Part shown: positions 41,201-55,071 of the stretch, piece after piece
Position numbering within the stretch: the stretch's first letter is position 1
Layout of the letters: each line of letters starts with the position of its first letter
The notes under the pieces: generated by a model
Database searches by the model: none
What the model was told of the DNA's origin: nothing
What the model saw: the letters and a program-made list of their open reading frames with translations, nothing else
Position numbers and translations under genes: made by a program
Assembly (NCBI GenBank): GCA_964016885.1
Contig: OZ024747.1
Coordinates: 75,268,001 to 75,332,000 of the forward strand
Length of the DNA: 64,000 nt
Source of the DNA: Eledone cirrhosa
Taxonomy: Eukaryota
Direction: 5' to 3'

Positions 41201-41510
41201 TTCAAATATTAACAAAATAGATGTTCTTGTGATCAATTAAATTTATTGTACATATTTCAGAGGTACTTGAATCAAGTTCAACAGTACGTCCTCATCAGAT
41301 AAAATAAAATGAGGACGTACTGTTAAACCTGATTCAAGTACCTCTGAAATATGTATAATGAAATTTAATTGATCACAAGAACATCTATTTTGTTAATATT
41401 TGAATTTAATATTAATAACTCTGGAAAATATCTCTCTGTAGAGTGCTTTCAATCTACTGTAAAACTCATTATTTGATGTACTCATTGAATCTTGTTTAAC
41501 TCTTTAAAAT
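41195..41510 (+). mobile_element. Penelope-like fold-back element (about 100-bp arms, 41195-41410) with degenerate hammerhead
   Basis: Minus arm reads CTGATGA ggacgtac...gtacctct GAAA tat GTA; unique 3' tail; (TA)n on both sides. Confidence 0.7.
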
Positions 41511-41693
41511 ATATATATATATATATATAAACTAGTCTAGGAGAGGGTATCTAATGCCTCATATATATATATAACGTAATATCAATTATTTTTCCCACAT
41601 CTTATGTTAACTATTTTCCCATTTTGATGCTATAGTCACTTATATATTATGGAATACTGTTGGCTTCTTGCTACAATAGTTTCTATACTTTTC

Positions 41694-41731
<38 letters not shown>

Positions 41732-42003
41732 AACTAGTGAGCTATGACAGTCTAGGAGGAGTATCTAACATCCTCTTACAATTAACAAACAGAAAGACAA
41801 GAGATAGGCAGAAGGGAAAAGAAAGCAAAAAAAATCATATATAAGATGAGAAAAAGGTGAAAAACAAGGAAAGCAATTAAACAGCTAAAGGTTTCTGTGG
41901 TTGAATCATTTCATTTTATAGTGTCCATGTACCTTGTACAGATCTTGTTGGTGAATCATTATCAGTATATTGTACCTCCAATCTTGATAGTTTTTTTTTT
42001 TTT

Positions 42004-42170
42004 AAGACCTTGTGTCCATGTACTGAAACATCTTGTGTCCATGTACTTGAAGATCTTGTGTTCATGTTCTTGAAGATCTTGTGTTCATGTACTGAAAGAT
42101 GTTGTGTCCATGTACTGGAAGATTTTGTGTCCATGTACTGAAAGACCTTGTGTCCATGTACTTGAAGATT
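42004..42170. repeat. 21-22-bp minisatellite, about 8 copies
   Basis: AAGATCTTGTGTCCATGTACT(T)G units. Confidence 0.9.
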
Positions 42171-42651
42171 TTATCTTTTGTTGGTAGATCTTTCACAGTA
42201 CATTGCACCACATCCAATCTTGGTAGTTTAAAAAAAATACAGTTTCAAGATGACTCTCTCTCTCTTAGATTGACAGTATTTTTACATTATTATAAGAAGT
42301 AATGCCATAGAGATGATATCTATCTAAATACATGGATTTGTATACTATTGACAGATCAGTTGTAAAATTAATAATAAAGCAACTCTGGGGTTGTTTCTTC
42401 CCCTTCAAGCTTCAGGATCCCAAAATATAGGTCTACCAAAGGTTTTGTCATCTGGCCAAACTGTTTGAACAATTTATACTTTCTACATCTATAATACTAT
42501 TAATACATAGATGAATGTGAATTTTATAAGCAAATTTTAGCAGTTCTTTGTTTTAAAAGGTTAACGTGACATTTCTACACCTTGTCTCAGATCAAGTCAC
42601 CTTGCCAAGCAAATACAACTCTGAAATATAATTATTATATTATATTCAATT

Positions 42652-42689
<38 letters not shown>

Positions 42690-42893
42690 CATGTTAAAAT
42701 GTGATTTGTATTCCTTAATTTCTAAAATAGATTCTCTCTCAAGATGGCTTTAAAATGTTTTATTTCCCTAAAATACATTGTTGAGTTATAAAACATTTTA
42801 AATTTTACTGCTAGCTATAACATGCACACACTCACAGATATTCAGATAACATCATTTTCATATTGTCAACTATTGTGTGTGTGTGAATGTATG

Positions 42894-43010
<117 letters not shown>

Positions 43011-43128
43011 TACAGATACACACAAACATATATATATATTCACAGATTTGTGCCTCAGGAGGTAAACTTTCTAGGTGCAAATCCCATGGTCATTAGTGAC
43101 CAAAGGGTATCATTTCAATGTATATGTC

Positions 43129-43171
<43 letters not shown>

Positions 43172-43213
43172 AACCCATGCAAGCATGGCAAAACAAAACG
43201 GACGTAAAATGAT

Positions 43214-43268
<55 letters not shown>

Positions 43269-43422
43269 TCCACTTGGATTAGGGGAATAAATATCATTCC
43301 GTCATTACTTATTCATTCAACATTATTATTATTAACCAAAACTTCCATTGTATGCCAATTTAGTTCTCTCTAAGGTTAGGTGCTGTTTAGAAAGAATCAC
43401 AACAATTTGGCTGTTACCCCCC

Positions 43423-43453
<31 letters not shown>

Positions 43454-43661
43454 ACTCTCTCTCTATCTCTCAAACTTGTCTTCAGCTCCTCAAAAGATGT
43501 CATTGTCCTCTATTATTTGTCTGGACGAATTGGTTGTGTATTATTTTTGAAAGAAGAGAAAGGTCAACAGCCTGATCTCTTGAAATAATTAGTTTCGATA
43601 TTCTCTGAAAGCAATATTTTCTTCTATCAATGTCAGTATTCAATGAATCTAATAAGATTGT

Positions 43662-43693
<32 letters not shown>

Positions 43694-43861
43694 TTTTTTT
43701 TTTCATAAGAGAGACTTCCCCTTATTTACTAAACAAATAAAAATACATTATTTATTGTATTTTCTGATGTATAAGATGCATATTTTTGCCCAAAGATTTT
43801 GTGACAAAATCTGCCAATGTCATATATACTGAAGGTATGAATATTATATACATGTGTGTGT

Positions 43862-44050
43862 ATTCCCTCATCTACATGATATTATGTTATAGGCTACCAA
43901 TAGTTTCATAATCCATTGGTAGGCTTACATGAGGTTCTTCGGGTCTTTTGTGTTTTCACATAACTGCTTTACCCCCCACCCCCATGTAAGTTCACCGATG
44001 GATTGTGAAACCATTGGTAGCCTATGATGTAATATTGTGTGTGTGAGGAA
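43862..44050. repeat. imperfect inverted repeat (about 70-bp arms), possible decayed hammerhead element
   Basis: TAGGCTACCAAT.GTTTCA.AATCCAT...CTTACATG versus CATGTAAG...ATGGATTGTGAAACCATTGGTAGCCTA. Confidence 0.6.
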
Positions 44051-44130
44051 TAAATGTTAGTTCTATCAGAGGATATAGAGCATTATCTTTTTCTGTTGAT
44101 CATTGTGCTCTCTCTCTTTATATATATATA

Positions 44131-44317
44131 TAACAAAGGAATTATGGTAAGGAACCAGATGGACCATAACGCACCAGAGTACTCAATACTTAGGGTAGTA
44201 GAGTGTGAAATAGGAAAAAGTATGACCCCGACGTCAGAGCTCAAGTCGTTTCGACGGCTATTTCTGGACTCAAGTCCAATGGCTTGAGCTCTGCCGTCGG
44301 GGTCATACTTTTTCCTA
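44131..44317 (-). mobile_element. Penelope-like terminus with inverted repeat
   Basis: ATAGGAAAAAGTATGACCCCGACG.CAGAGCTCAAG inverted; GTACTCAATA 44179-44188; flanked by (TA)n. Confidence 0.65.
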
Positions 44318-44401
44318 TATATATATATATAGTGAGAGAATCAACAAGGAGAAAATTGCACTCTATATATAAAAAAAAAAATAGAACTATTTTATTATGA
44401 A

Positions 44402-44595
<194 letters not shown>

Positions 44596-46812
44596 ATATG
44601 TATGTGTGTATGTATATACTGAGAAAATTTGCTACATAGAGGCTGAAACTGCTCAGCTTCGTGGTCGGGTTTATATCTTCCTTTATACTTACTCTGCTCC
44701 TTTCTATGCATAGAGTTCTACCCTGTTTTGTGGTGGCCCTGGCACTGCAGACATTCAATATATATATATATATATCAGTGATTATAATAGGGTAAAGTTG
44801 GTTTTCCTTCATTATAAATATATTTGTGAATATATGTGTGTGTATATTTGTACATACATATGTGTGTGCACACACACTATACACAAGCATTTTTCCCCAA
44901 ACTTTTTTGTTTTTCCTTTCAAAATAAGGGTATGTTTTTCTGAAAAATATGTTAATATCATTATTTAAATTTTGTAATACAATGATAGTTTATCATATTG
45001 AAATCATCTTAAACCAATAATTTATTGTTTCTACTTGATAATAAAGTTGTTTAAACCAAAAACCAAAAAAATATCAAAATCCCCAAAAAAATCCATCCTT
45101 AATTTTATAAGATATAACTTTTTCCGACATAGCTTCCATTTTATCTTTTGCTAAAAATATAATTCTTTTTTTTTTTTCTTCTACTATTCATTGTTTCTTT
45201 TTTTTTTTTTTTTTTTTTTTAAATATTGTTGGAGATGTTTTGTAATTATAATTCAATCTGGCCAATACATTCAATTTGATCTCAGTTTAAACTCTGAAAT
45301 TCCTGTTTAAATTTTATAACAAAAATCTTTCAAAGATTTTTTTTTTTCTTCCTTTTTATATCTATTTCCAATAATTTCTCTGTTGTGAATACAAGTTGTT
45401 GGGCAGGTGGGATTGGGGGCACAAAAGGGGGTGGGGAAGGAGCCAACTATATCTCTTCTGAAATTGCGATATTACTTTCCATTTTAATTTAGAATGGGCA
45501 GGACCTTTTATTCATTAAGCCTTCAATTAATTAATCTTTTGTGTATGTTTATTAAAGATCATTACATATTCTCTGCCTTCCAACTTGAAAATTTAACTCA
45601 TTTGTTTTTATGTTTAATAAATTAAAACATTATTTCCAATGCCTGTGTATTTCCTCTAAAGGAGGCAACTGGTATTCACATTTTGTTTTTTTTTTTCAAT
45701 CCTCACCTGCTTTTTATCTATTTTCCCTTCCCTCACTCTCTCCTCTTTTCCATCTCTTATGCACACACACATTTCTCCTTTTGTTTCCCCTTATATCTCC
45801 TCTGTGATAATGTAATATTGTTTAATCCTTGTATTGAAAATATTACCTTGTTTAGGGGACAGGGAGTTAGACATATTTACTCTCACTTTCAATAAATGTT
45901 ACCAAAAATACAAATTGTATAATTGCTATTATTTGGGGCAGGAAGGAGGAGAAAGATCCCACATTTATTATCCATTCAAATGAAAGTTCTTGGTCTTTTA
46001 CTTCATTTTATTATATTTTTGAAACATTCCTCAATATTTTTGTTTTTAGAAATATGCAAAGATTAAAGGAGGAATTTAATTTATGGTGTTATATAGCTAC
46101 AATCTATGTCTAGTCACCACAACCCTCCCTCCCATAAATGGTTTACTATCTCTCTCTGTAAATGTTCTTTAGTCTTCAACATATTTTATTCTATGACTTT
46201 TAAACAATGGTTTACATATTCCATCATTGTTTTACAATTTATGCTGCAGACCATTAAACTTTTGTTTATATACAAATAAATATAAAAGTATGTATGTGTG
46301 TGTGTGTTTGTATGTGTGTGTATTTATATATATAAATATAAATGCTATGTCACTATGTGTCTGATGATAAGGACTCAGAAATATTTGTTGAGTGAGTTAA
46401 ACCTTCTACGGAGTCTCTTTGAAACTAATATAACATGTTTTGACTGGGATTTTACTAGTGCAACACACATACACATACACACACATTCATATATATATAT
46501 ATTATTTGTTGCATATTTAAATTTACAACTGAATGTTAGCATTTTTGAACTCACACACACATGCATGTACAGACATATATACATACATACACTCATATAC
46601 ATAAATACATACAATGTTTTGTTTACCTTTTACTCCAGCATTATATTTAATATATATATGTGTATGTATATATATATATACACATATATACATACATATA
46701 TATATACACATCACATATATATACACACACATATATATATACACATATATATATATCACATATATATACACACATATATATATATATATATATATACATA
46801 TATACATATATA

Positions 46813-46844
<32 letters not shown>

Positions 46845-46849
46845 TATAT

Positions 46850-46885
<36 letters not shown>

Positions 46886-47127
46886 CATCATCTTCGTTTA
46901 ATGTCCATCTTCCACGCTACCATATCAACTTATGTATTGGCATCACACATACACACACACTCACAAACATACACTCACACAGACACACTCACATATACAC
47001 ACACTGTTATAAAAAATGGTTTATACATACATATATATATATATTAAAAAAAATGAGCAGAGCAAGCAATTATCAAACAATCTTTTAAAAAAATTAAAAA
47101 ACGATTTAAATATTCACCGGATCTATT

Positions 47128-47207
47128 GCTATTACCGACGGTTTCACCAATCCAAAGATTGGAAATCCAGAGAATTTCCAATGGAAAGAATTAGATCTTC
47201 AGACAGC
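47128..47207 (-). ncRNA. type I hammerhead motif with extended stem II
   Basis: gctgt CTGAAGA tctaattc..attggaaatt ctct ggatttccaat..ggattggt GAAA ccgtcg GTA atagc; stem I 5 bp (one GU), stem III ACC/GGT, GUA triplet; lies between (TA)n tracts. Confidence 0.7.
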
Positions 47208-47594
47208 TTATTTCCATACCATAAAGGTGCAAATCTCATAGTATATATATATATATAGTCTGTTTTTCCTGGTCTTCAGTAATTTTACAATGCAATTTTG
47301 TTAGTACACAGTGCAGTTTCAATGTTTACAAACTTTCAATATTCAGCGTTACCAAAAGATGTCATAATACAATCAGTACTAGTAATTAAATTTAGTCGCT
47401 TTGAAATTGTAGAGTTTGTTGCAACTAAAATCTGTTGAATAGTTTTATAAATAATATCAAAACATTTATCTCTCTATCTTGTAAACTATAGTCATATACA
47501 TACATACTTATATACACACACGTACATACATCTCTATCTTGTAAACTATAGTCATATACATACATACATATATACACACACGTACATACATATA

Positions 47595-47629
<35 letters not shown>

Positions 47630-47699
47630 TCACATACACAATTATAGTCAAGCTCAGAATAACTATGTAGCTATGTATGTGTCTGCGTACATATGCGTA

Positions 47700-47802
47700 T
47701 GCGTACACAGACATACATATATATATTATATATGTATTTACATTCATATATATATATATTATATATATATCTACATTCATATATATATATATATCTACAT
47801 TC

Positions 47803-47871
<69 letters not shown>

Positions 47872-48069
47872 TATTATATATATATATATTATATATATCT
47901 ACATTCATATATATATATATATCTACATTTATATATATATATATATATTATATATATCTACATTTATATATATATATATATATTATATATATCTACATTT
48001 ATATATATATATATATATTATATATATCTACATTCATATATATATATATATATATTATATATATCTACA

Positions 48070-48111
<42 letters not shown>

Positions 48112-48119
48112 CTACATTC

Positions 48120-48152
<33 letters not shown>

Positions 48153-48215
48153 CTACATTCATATATATATATATATATATTATATATATTTACATTCATA
48201 TATATATATATATAA
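47700..48215. repeat. (TA)n/CTACATT compound microsatellite
   Basis: Direct inspection. Confidence 0.9.
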
Positions 48216-49957
48216 TTCACGCATATCAACTTATGTATTGGCATCACACATACACACACACTCACACATACACATACACACACACTCACACATACACACA
48301 CACTCACACATATACACACACACTGTTATAAAAAAAATGGTTTATACAATATTGCCTTTTATGATGTTTTGTTAGAATATTTGTGAATAACACTGATTAT
48401 AACATTGTATGTGTGTTAGTAGCTGCTTTTAACGTTTCTGGAGGTATTTACTTTTTCTGTGTGTATTGTATATGTTGTGTGTGTTTAATTATAAAGCAGT
48501 TGCCATTATAATGTGTTGTTTCTGATTCTGATATAGTACTGTGAGATTGTAGACTATTCCAGCCTTATGATGTATTTTCTAGGATTGTAACTATGTATGT
48601 TTAATAAAATTTATTTGAAATAGTCAAATGATTTTCTCTTTATTTTTCTCCATGTATGTGTGTGTGTGTGTGTGTGTATGTGTGTGCATGTGTGTGTCTA
48701 TGTATCCATATGTGTATCTGTTTCTTGTTCTCTCTTTACCTTTCTCCCTTTTGTCCCCCCTGTCTCTTTTAATTCATATATGTGGAGGGAGATACATTGG
48801 CAGTATCAGTAGAATGTTGGACAGCATGCGCCTTGTGTCTAAATCAGAAACCATTATGAATGTTATGTATGCAACTATCTGGTATGTTGGACAAGGGTCG
48901 TTTACTATAGTGTGAGGTTGACCCTTGCCTTGTGAGTGAAACTGAGCTGAAGGAAACTCTTTGGAAGTCAGTTGGATGGACTCACCCTGAATCCAAATGG
49001 TCAGACTTGCCACACGCACACACACTCTCACTGTCATGTTGAATCTCCCTGGTCAAATCCTGCTCTGGTTCTATGAAATAAAACCATCCATTTTAAAGAT
49101 TTTCAATTTAAATGAAAACCTTCCAAAATAATGTATATAAGAACCTTATATATCATAATCATTAAACAATTAATAATTTTAGTAAATCCCTCAACATTCT
49201 TCATTAATTAATTAAAATATAGTGTAGTTCATTAGAAATGCAGTTATGAAAGAGTTAAACAAGTCCCCACCCCCTATTTTTTTGTATCATAGAACAAGAG
49301 GTGTTTTTAAGCAAATTGGTTTCTATAGGATTAATAAATTAAATCTGAGACCTACATATATTTCTTTACTAATTTCAGAAGATCCCAATAGGGGTGAAAG
49401 CATTGATTCTTTGCTTAAACTTTAATCTGTTCTTAAAATATATATATACACACACACATACATATATATATATACAATAGGCTTCCACATTGTTTCTGTC
49501 TGTCAAATTTCAGGCTTTTGTAGAAGACAGGTACCACACAGTGGAACTGACCACCAAACTACATGGTTTGAACTTCTTTAACCACACAGCCATGTCCATA
49601 TTCCACAAATAATTGTTCAATAAATCTGATACAAAAAATCAATATGATTTTGCATAATATTTAATTTAGCATTAATTGATTAATGGGATTTCTTAATAAT
49701 GTAGTATGCTTAATGCTGAAAACATTTTTTTCTGCTCTCATACATTTTTTTTTTTTCTAAAAAATCTTTAATTGGCAATCTTACTAATTAATCATCGTTT
49801 TATTTTGTAAGTTGTTAGAGTTAAGATCAAAGATATTTGAAAGTAATTTACAGATATTTCTCTCTGTCTGTCTCACTCTCACTCTCTCATCTTGTTATTG
49901 AAAGACCAGCTTATATATATAAGCAAATGAATGAATGAAGGAGTTACAAGCCGTTAA

Positions 49958-50024
<67 letters not shown>

Positions 50025-50120
50025 GTGCATGTGTATGCAAGAGTCACACCTTATATTTATGTGTGTGTATATATGTATTTGTCCACATTCTACACTTCAC
50101 TCTAACTCTCTTGAAAATAT

Positions 50121-50223
<103 letters not shown>

Positions 50224-52968
50224 TTGTGCACTCTCTCTCTCTCACACACACATTCTATCCCTCCCTTTCTCTTTCGCTCTTATCATTCTAGTGAAAGAAT
50301 CAGCTTATATATGTTTGTATGTGTGCTTGCACTCACGCACACACACAAACACACACACACACACATTCTATGCTTAATTCTGTTGCTTATTTTAGTTGCT
50401 GTGATTTGCAAGAACTATAAACAGTCTTAATATCCCCTCCCCCTCTTTTAGAATAAAGAGGAAAAGATGGGTGACATTTCTTGGCTGTCATAAATAGTTT
50501 TTTTCTTGTGAATTCTCTCAAGTTTACTGGTGTGGAAATTAAAAAAACAACAAACGAACAAACTAAGCAAAACAAAACTGTTTTTGTTAAGATTCCTGCT
50601 AAAACAAGGTAGTATTGCAGAAGGAATAGGATCTGACATGCTGTTGAGAATGGAAGTTTGGGGGTATCACATACACAAAAGTTGTTAAGTGGGTAAGTGA
50701 GCAGGTATTATTTAGTTAAGTTATCTTACAGTTTGCTAGGAATCCTGACTTTATACCCTAAAGTTATCTTGGAGCTTCTTAAATATTTTACCAATTTAAT
50801 TATGTTTTAAGTGTGAGAGATTTTAAATTTTCTGGTTGATATGAGTTATTCCCTGTTCAATAAACCTTTAGCCTGAAATATTTAAACCTCTCATTTCCTT
50901 TCACTGCCATATGCCCTATTTTTTACTTTGATTTTGCCTGTGCGCTTGTGATCTGTTTTATTGGGTCCCCATTTAAATTTAATTATTACCATGAATAATT
51001 TAGTTATAAAGAATGTGTTTACAACCAAAACTTCTTTTGATTGCAGTGGATAAAGGAATCATTTGAATATATTTGCATATTTTTCTGAAGAATGTGGTCA
51101 TGTGGTGTGGCATATCTCCTTTATATTCATGTATGTATAGTGATGTTTATAATGGCATTACCAAGTGTATAGAACCATCTTAACAACCATTGACAGGTGA
51201 ATTTTCCCTTAGCCTGGAAGCAACAATATTGTTTTCTAATATCTTGGAGAGAGAGAGGTGGTGGGTGAGTCTATGTGACGGGGGAGAAATGGTAGGTGGT
51301 CTCATGAAATTCATAGAAAATAGTTGAATTGTAGAGAGAGGGAGAGATAGAGTAGAATTCTGTGTTGCAACAATTATGTCTATGTGGTCGTTAGGTTGTG
51401 GAGAATTGTGAGCTATCTATAAATATCCTGGCAGGTAAATTGTACTCTTAAAAAGTCTACTTTTGAAACTACTTTCAAATTAAATTGTGTCTGAGACTCT
51501 TATCCATTTTCTCACCTTATTTCTAATAAAATACACTGCCTATGATTTTTAAATAATTGTTAAAGGTTCCAAAATGTGATTGATTTGTTTCTTTTGTAAA
51601 TAATTTATAAAGGTTTCATAATTAATTATGTAAATAATGAACAAAGGGGGAAGGAAGGGGTAAAGAAGGGCAGATCTGACTGAATAGGAAAGTAAAGGAA
51701 AGGACTATAAATACCATAAATGAGAGGAAAAGGAGGTTTGAAGAGATTTAGAAAAAAATTGTTGTTATTTTGCTGGTGTCCAGATTCTAATTCAACAAAT
51801 CTTCTTATATAAAGCTTGTTGACCTCCTTGTGGTGGGCCCTAGAAACCGGTGATTGAGCTCTGGTGAACAACAACAAACTGAGATCAACGATGGAAGGTT
51901 TTTAGATATGTATAAACAGTTTAGTATAACAGAAGCAGGGACACTCTTAGACAGGGTGATATCAATAGTTTTCTCTCCTGAACATTACCATTTTGTGGGT
52001 GGGGTGATGTGACAGGTTCTAAGGGAAATGTTAGGACATCAGTCAACTTCTAAGGTACTACAATGATTGTGAGGTTAAAGTAATACACTATTGGTCACAT
52101 GACCAGTTTAAACCTTATTACATTGGAATCCAGGAAAAAGGTCAAAGAAAAAAAAATGATTTGCTTGCCTAAATGCCAAACAGCAGATTTGAACCTGGGA
52201 CCTAATGATTGTGAATCAAACTTCTTAACCATTTGACCATGCTGCATCCACAATTATAACTATCTTTTAATTATAACTATCTTTTTCTTTGAAATCCCAT
52301 AACTCCTGAGGGAGCTGTAGTGGGCGATGTGTTGACATTTCTATTGCATTTTATAACCTAGCAGAGACCATCTCATCTCCAAGACTGAATACAGCAGATT
52401 TCTTCCTGAGAAGGGTAGAGAGTGAGAGTGTGGAAGTGAGAGAGATAGGAAGAATTGACATTACATAGAATGCTATGATGTATTCCCGATCTCTGCTTTC
52501 TTATTTGAAATCCCACTAAAGTTACCTTTGCCTTTCAACCTTTTGAGGTCAATAAAATGAAGTTCATGCCCAGTATTGAGTCATCTCTTCTATATCTCAA
52601 TCTCATTCTCACTTCTTCTGTCACATTATCTCCTTTTAATGAAGAAATAGCTGTGTTCAGACCTGGTGAAGGAATGGGCTTTGCCAGGTTTTAAAATGTT
52701 CAAGAAATGCTGTATGGCACTGCGGAACCCCTCTGACTTCTTCCATACATAAAGACTAAAGATAAATTGCTGCAGTTGACATGAAATATATAAATATACA
52801 GATGTAAAACTATATTTACTCAAATAAACATGATTTCAACATTGGATATAATTCAGCTTTGGAGCAGTCTTAACAATGTGTGTGTCTGTCTGCTGTTTCC
52901 CCTCTCGCTTTCTCTCTATATACGTAGCTATATGCGAATGTATGTAGCAGACATCTAAGTATTATATG

Positions 52969-53009
<41 letters not shown>

Positions 53010-53083
53010 ATGGCACTTCTTTTATATATATATATAATAATTAAGTCAAATATTTAAAATTTGGCTTCGTTTATTAAAGATGT

Positions 53084-53138
53084 ACTGCTATATATATTTC
53101 GGTGACACCCATCATTGGCTGTGACCTCTTCAGGCAGT
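53084..53138 (-). ncRNA. minimal type I hammerhead ribozyme (mirror copy)
   Basis: Reverse complement of 53313-53367 with one stem II substitution. Confidence 0.78.
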
Positions 53139-53312
53139 CCGAATTGGTGTGGTAGACACAGGTACACATGTTGTTGAAGTGTTTTACTACATCAATACTC
53201 TGATTTGTCCAGCTCCTGGTTAACAACCCAACCAGGAGCTGGACATATCGGAGTATTGATGGAGTAAAAGACTTCAACAACATGTGTACCTGTGTCTACC
53301 ACACCAATTCGG

Positions 53313-53367
53313 ACTGCCTGAAGAGGTCACAGCCAATGATGGCTGTCACCGAAATATATATAGCAGT
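53313..53367 (+). ncRNA. intact minimal type I hammerhead ribozyme
   Basis: actgc CTGAAGA ggtcacagcca atga tggctgtcacc GAAA tatata TA gcagt; perfect stem I, long stem II, palindromic stem III ATATATAT, AUA triplet. Confidence 0.82.
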
Positions 53368-53459
53368 ACATCTTTAATAAACGAAGCCAAATTTTAAATA
53401 TTTGACTTAATTATTTTACATTACTCTGGAGTAACCAAACCAACCAACATATACTCAAA

Positions 53460-53517
<58 letters not shown>

Positions 53518-53576
53518 GGGATTGTAAACATAGAAAACATCCTAAAAAATATAGATTCCAAAAAATTCACTCTACT

Positions 53577-53647
<71 letters not shown>

Positions 53648-53760
53648 AGAAGTTTCTTTAACATGATCACAGCTTTTTTTTTTAAAATCATAAATTATAC
53701 ATTGTGGAAGCAGAACTTGTTTACTTTTAATCTATGCTAATAATAAATATTTGCTCCAAT

Positions 53761-53817
<57 letters not shown>

Positions 53818-54199
53818 ATATGTTTGAAAATATAAAGTGAACTTTGTGTCACCTCTACACACATAATTGTGTGTGGTATTTGAGCCACTGGGCAAAACAA
53901 AATTACTGTCCTTGGTTCTCTGCTATTGGGAGGTGGAAAGGGGGAACTGTTCTTTTCATTTCATGGTTGACTGACTGTGACCTGGAGGGAACTTCAAATT
54001 GTAAAACATCTGTTTAATTAACACTAAGATCTGAACAGCCAGGTCATACATTATGTTGCTTCAGATGACAGATGTAAAACCATATTTGAAATATAAAATA
54101 GAAGTTGTTGTGACAGCTTTATTCCTAATTTGGGGACAGACACTCCCTTTAAATACTACTAAACCTTTGAGTGGGAAGCTGCTCCCTTAATATAGCAAG

Positions 54200-55071
54200 C
54201 CTTTTGATACCAAAATAAAACCATCCTTTGATTCTGATACAAAGCTGTTTATCTAAAGGCCTCCCATCATATTTTAAGTAGGAACCTTTGTTATGCTCCA
54301 AACAGCCTTAATCCTTTCATCATCCTATTTCTAAGCAAAATGTACTGCCTATTTGTTTCAAATAGCTTTGAAAATAATGAAGAATTTGGAGGGATTTAGT
54401 AATATAACTAACTTTCTCATTATCAAGATGGTATTTGGAACACAGCTTAACAATTATAGGTTTTCAGATAAATATTTCCACTTCGTATCATGGTGTTGGT
54501 ATCAAAAGTGTTGATGAGAAAATAAAATAACAGGCAATGTCTTTCATTAGAAATATGTTAAGGAAAGGGTTGTCTACTTCCAATCCTGATTTCTTCTTTC
54601 ATATTGTTGTTACTATAGCACTAGGTAGCCTCTATATGGTCACTGATCTTGCTAGAAGTAACAGCCAAATCATCATAACGCCTGCTCAATCAAAGTTGGT
54701 CTAGAGCTAAATAATAACTGAAACTATATGTCATTTTGATTTGTTACAAGAGAATTTTCACTTTCTTGTTTTTATAGGATGATTAAATGTGAAGTTATGA
54801 CATTCATTCTTTTTCCGAGAGCATTATTAATGCAGTTAGCTTCACAGTAGCCTAACTTTTCTTGATGAAGTATTTTTTCTTGTGTAACCCTTTTAAGCCC
54901 TAATAGTCTGAAACCACCCCTAATTCTGTGATACAAAACTGTTATTTTTAAATATTTATATTTATCATAATGAGAAAATTAGTTATATTATTAAATCCCT
55001 CCAAATTCTTGATTATTTCAAAATTAAAGGCAATCCTTCATTAAAAATACAGTACTGACAGAAAGGGTTAA
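54200..55071. mobile_element. piggyBac-like MITE copies (about 54200-54515 and 54884-55071)
   Basis: TTAATCCTTTC start at 54308; TAACCCTTTT...GAAAGGGTTAA for 54884-55071. Confidence 0.6.

Larger units (their letters stand above)
53036..53462 (+). mobile_element. Penelope-like fold-back element: 186-bp arms, 8-nt loop, hammerhead in each arm, short 3' tail
   Basis: Arms 53036-53221 and 53230-53415 with about 5 mismatches; flanked by (TA)n. Confidence 0.85.

Noticed and set aside
50591-50612. Possible micro-exon (AAG|ATTCCTGCTAAAACAAG|GTAGT)
   Set aside because: Weak splice signals, length not frame-preserving, no homology support
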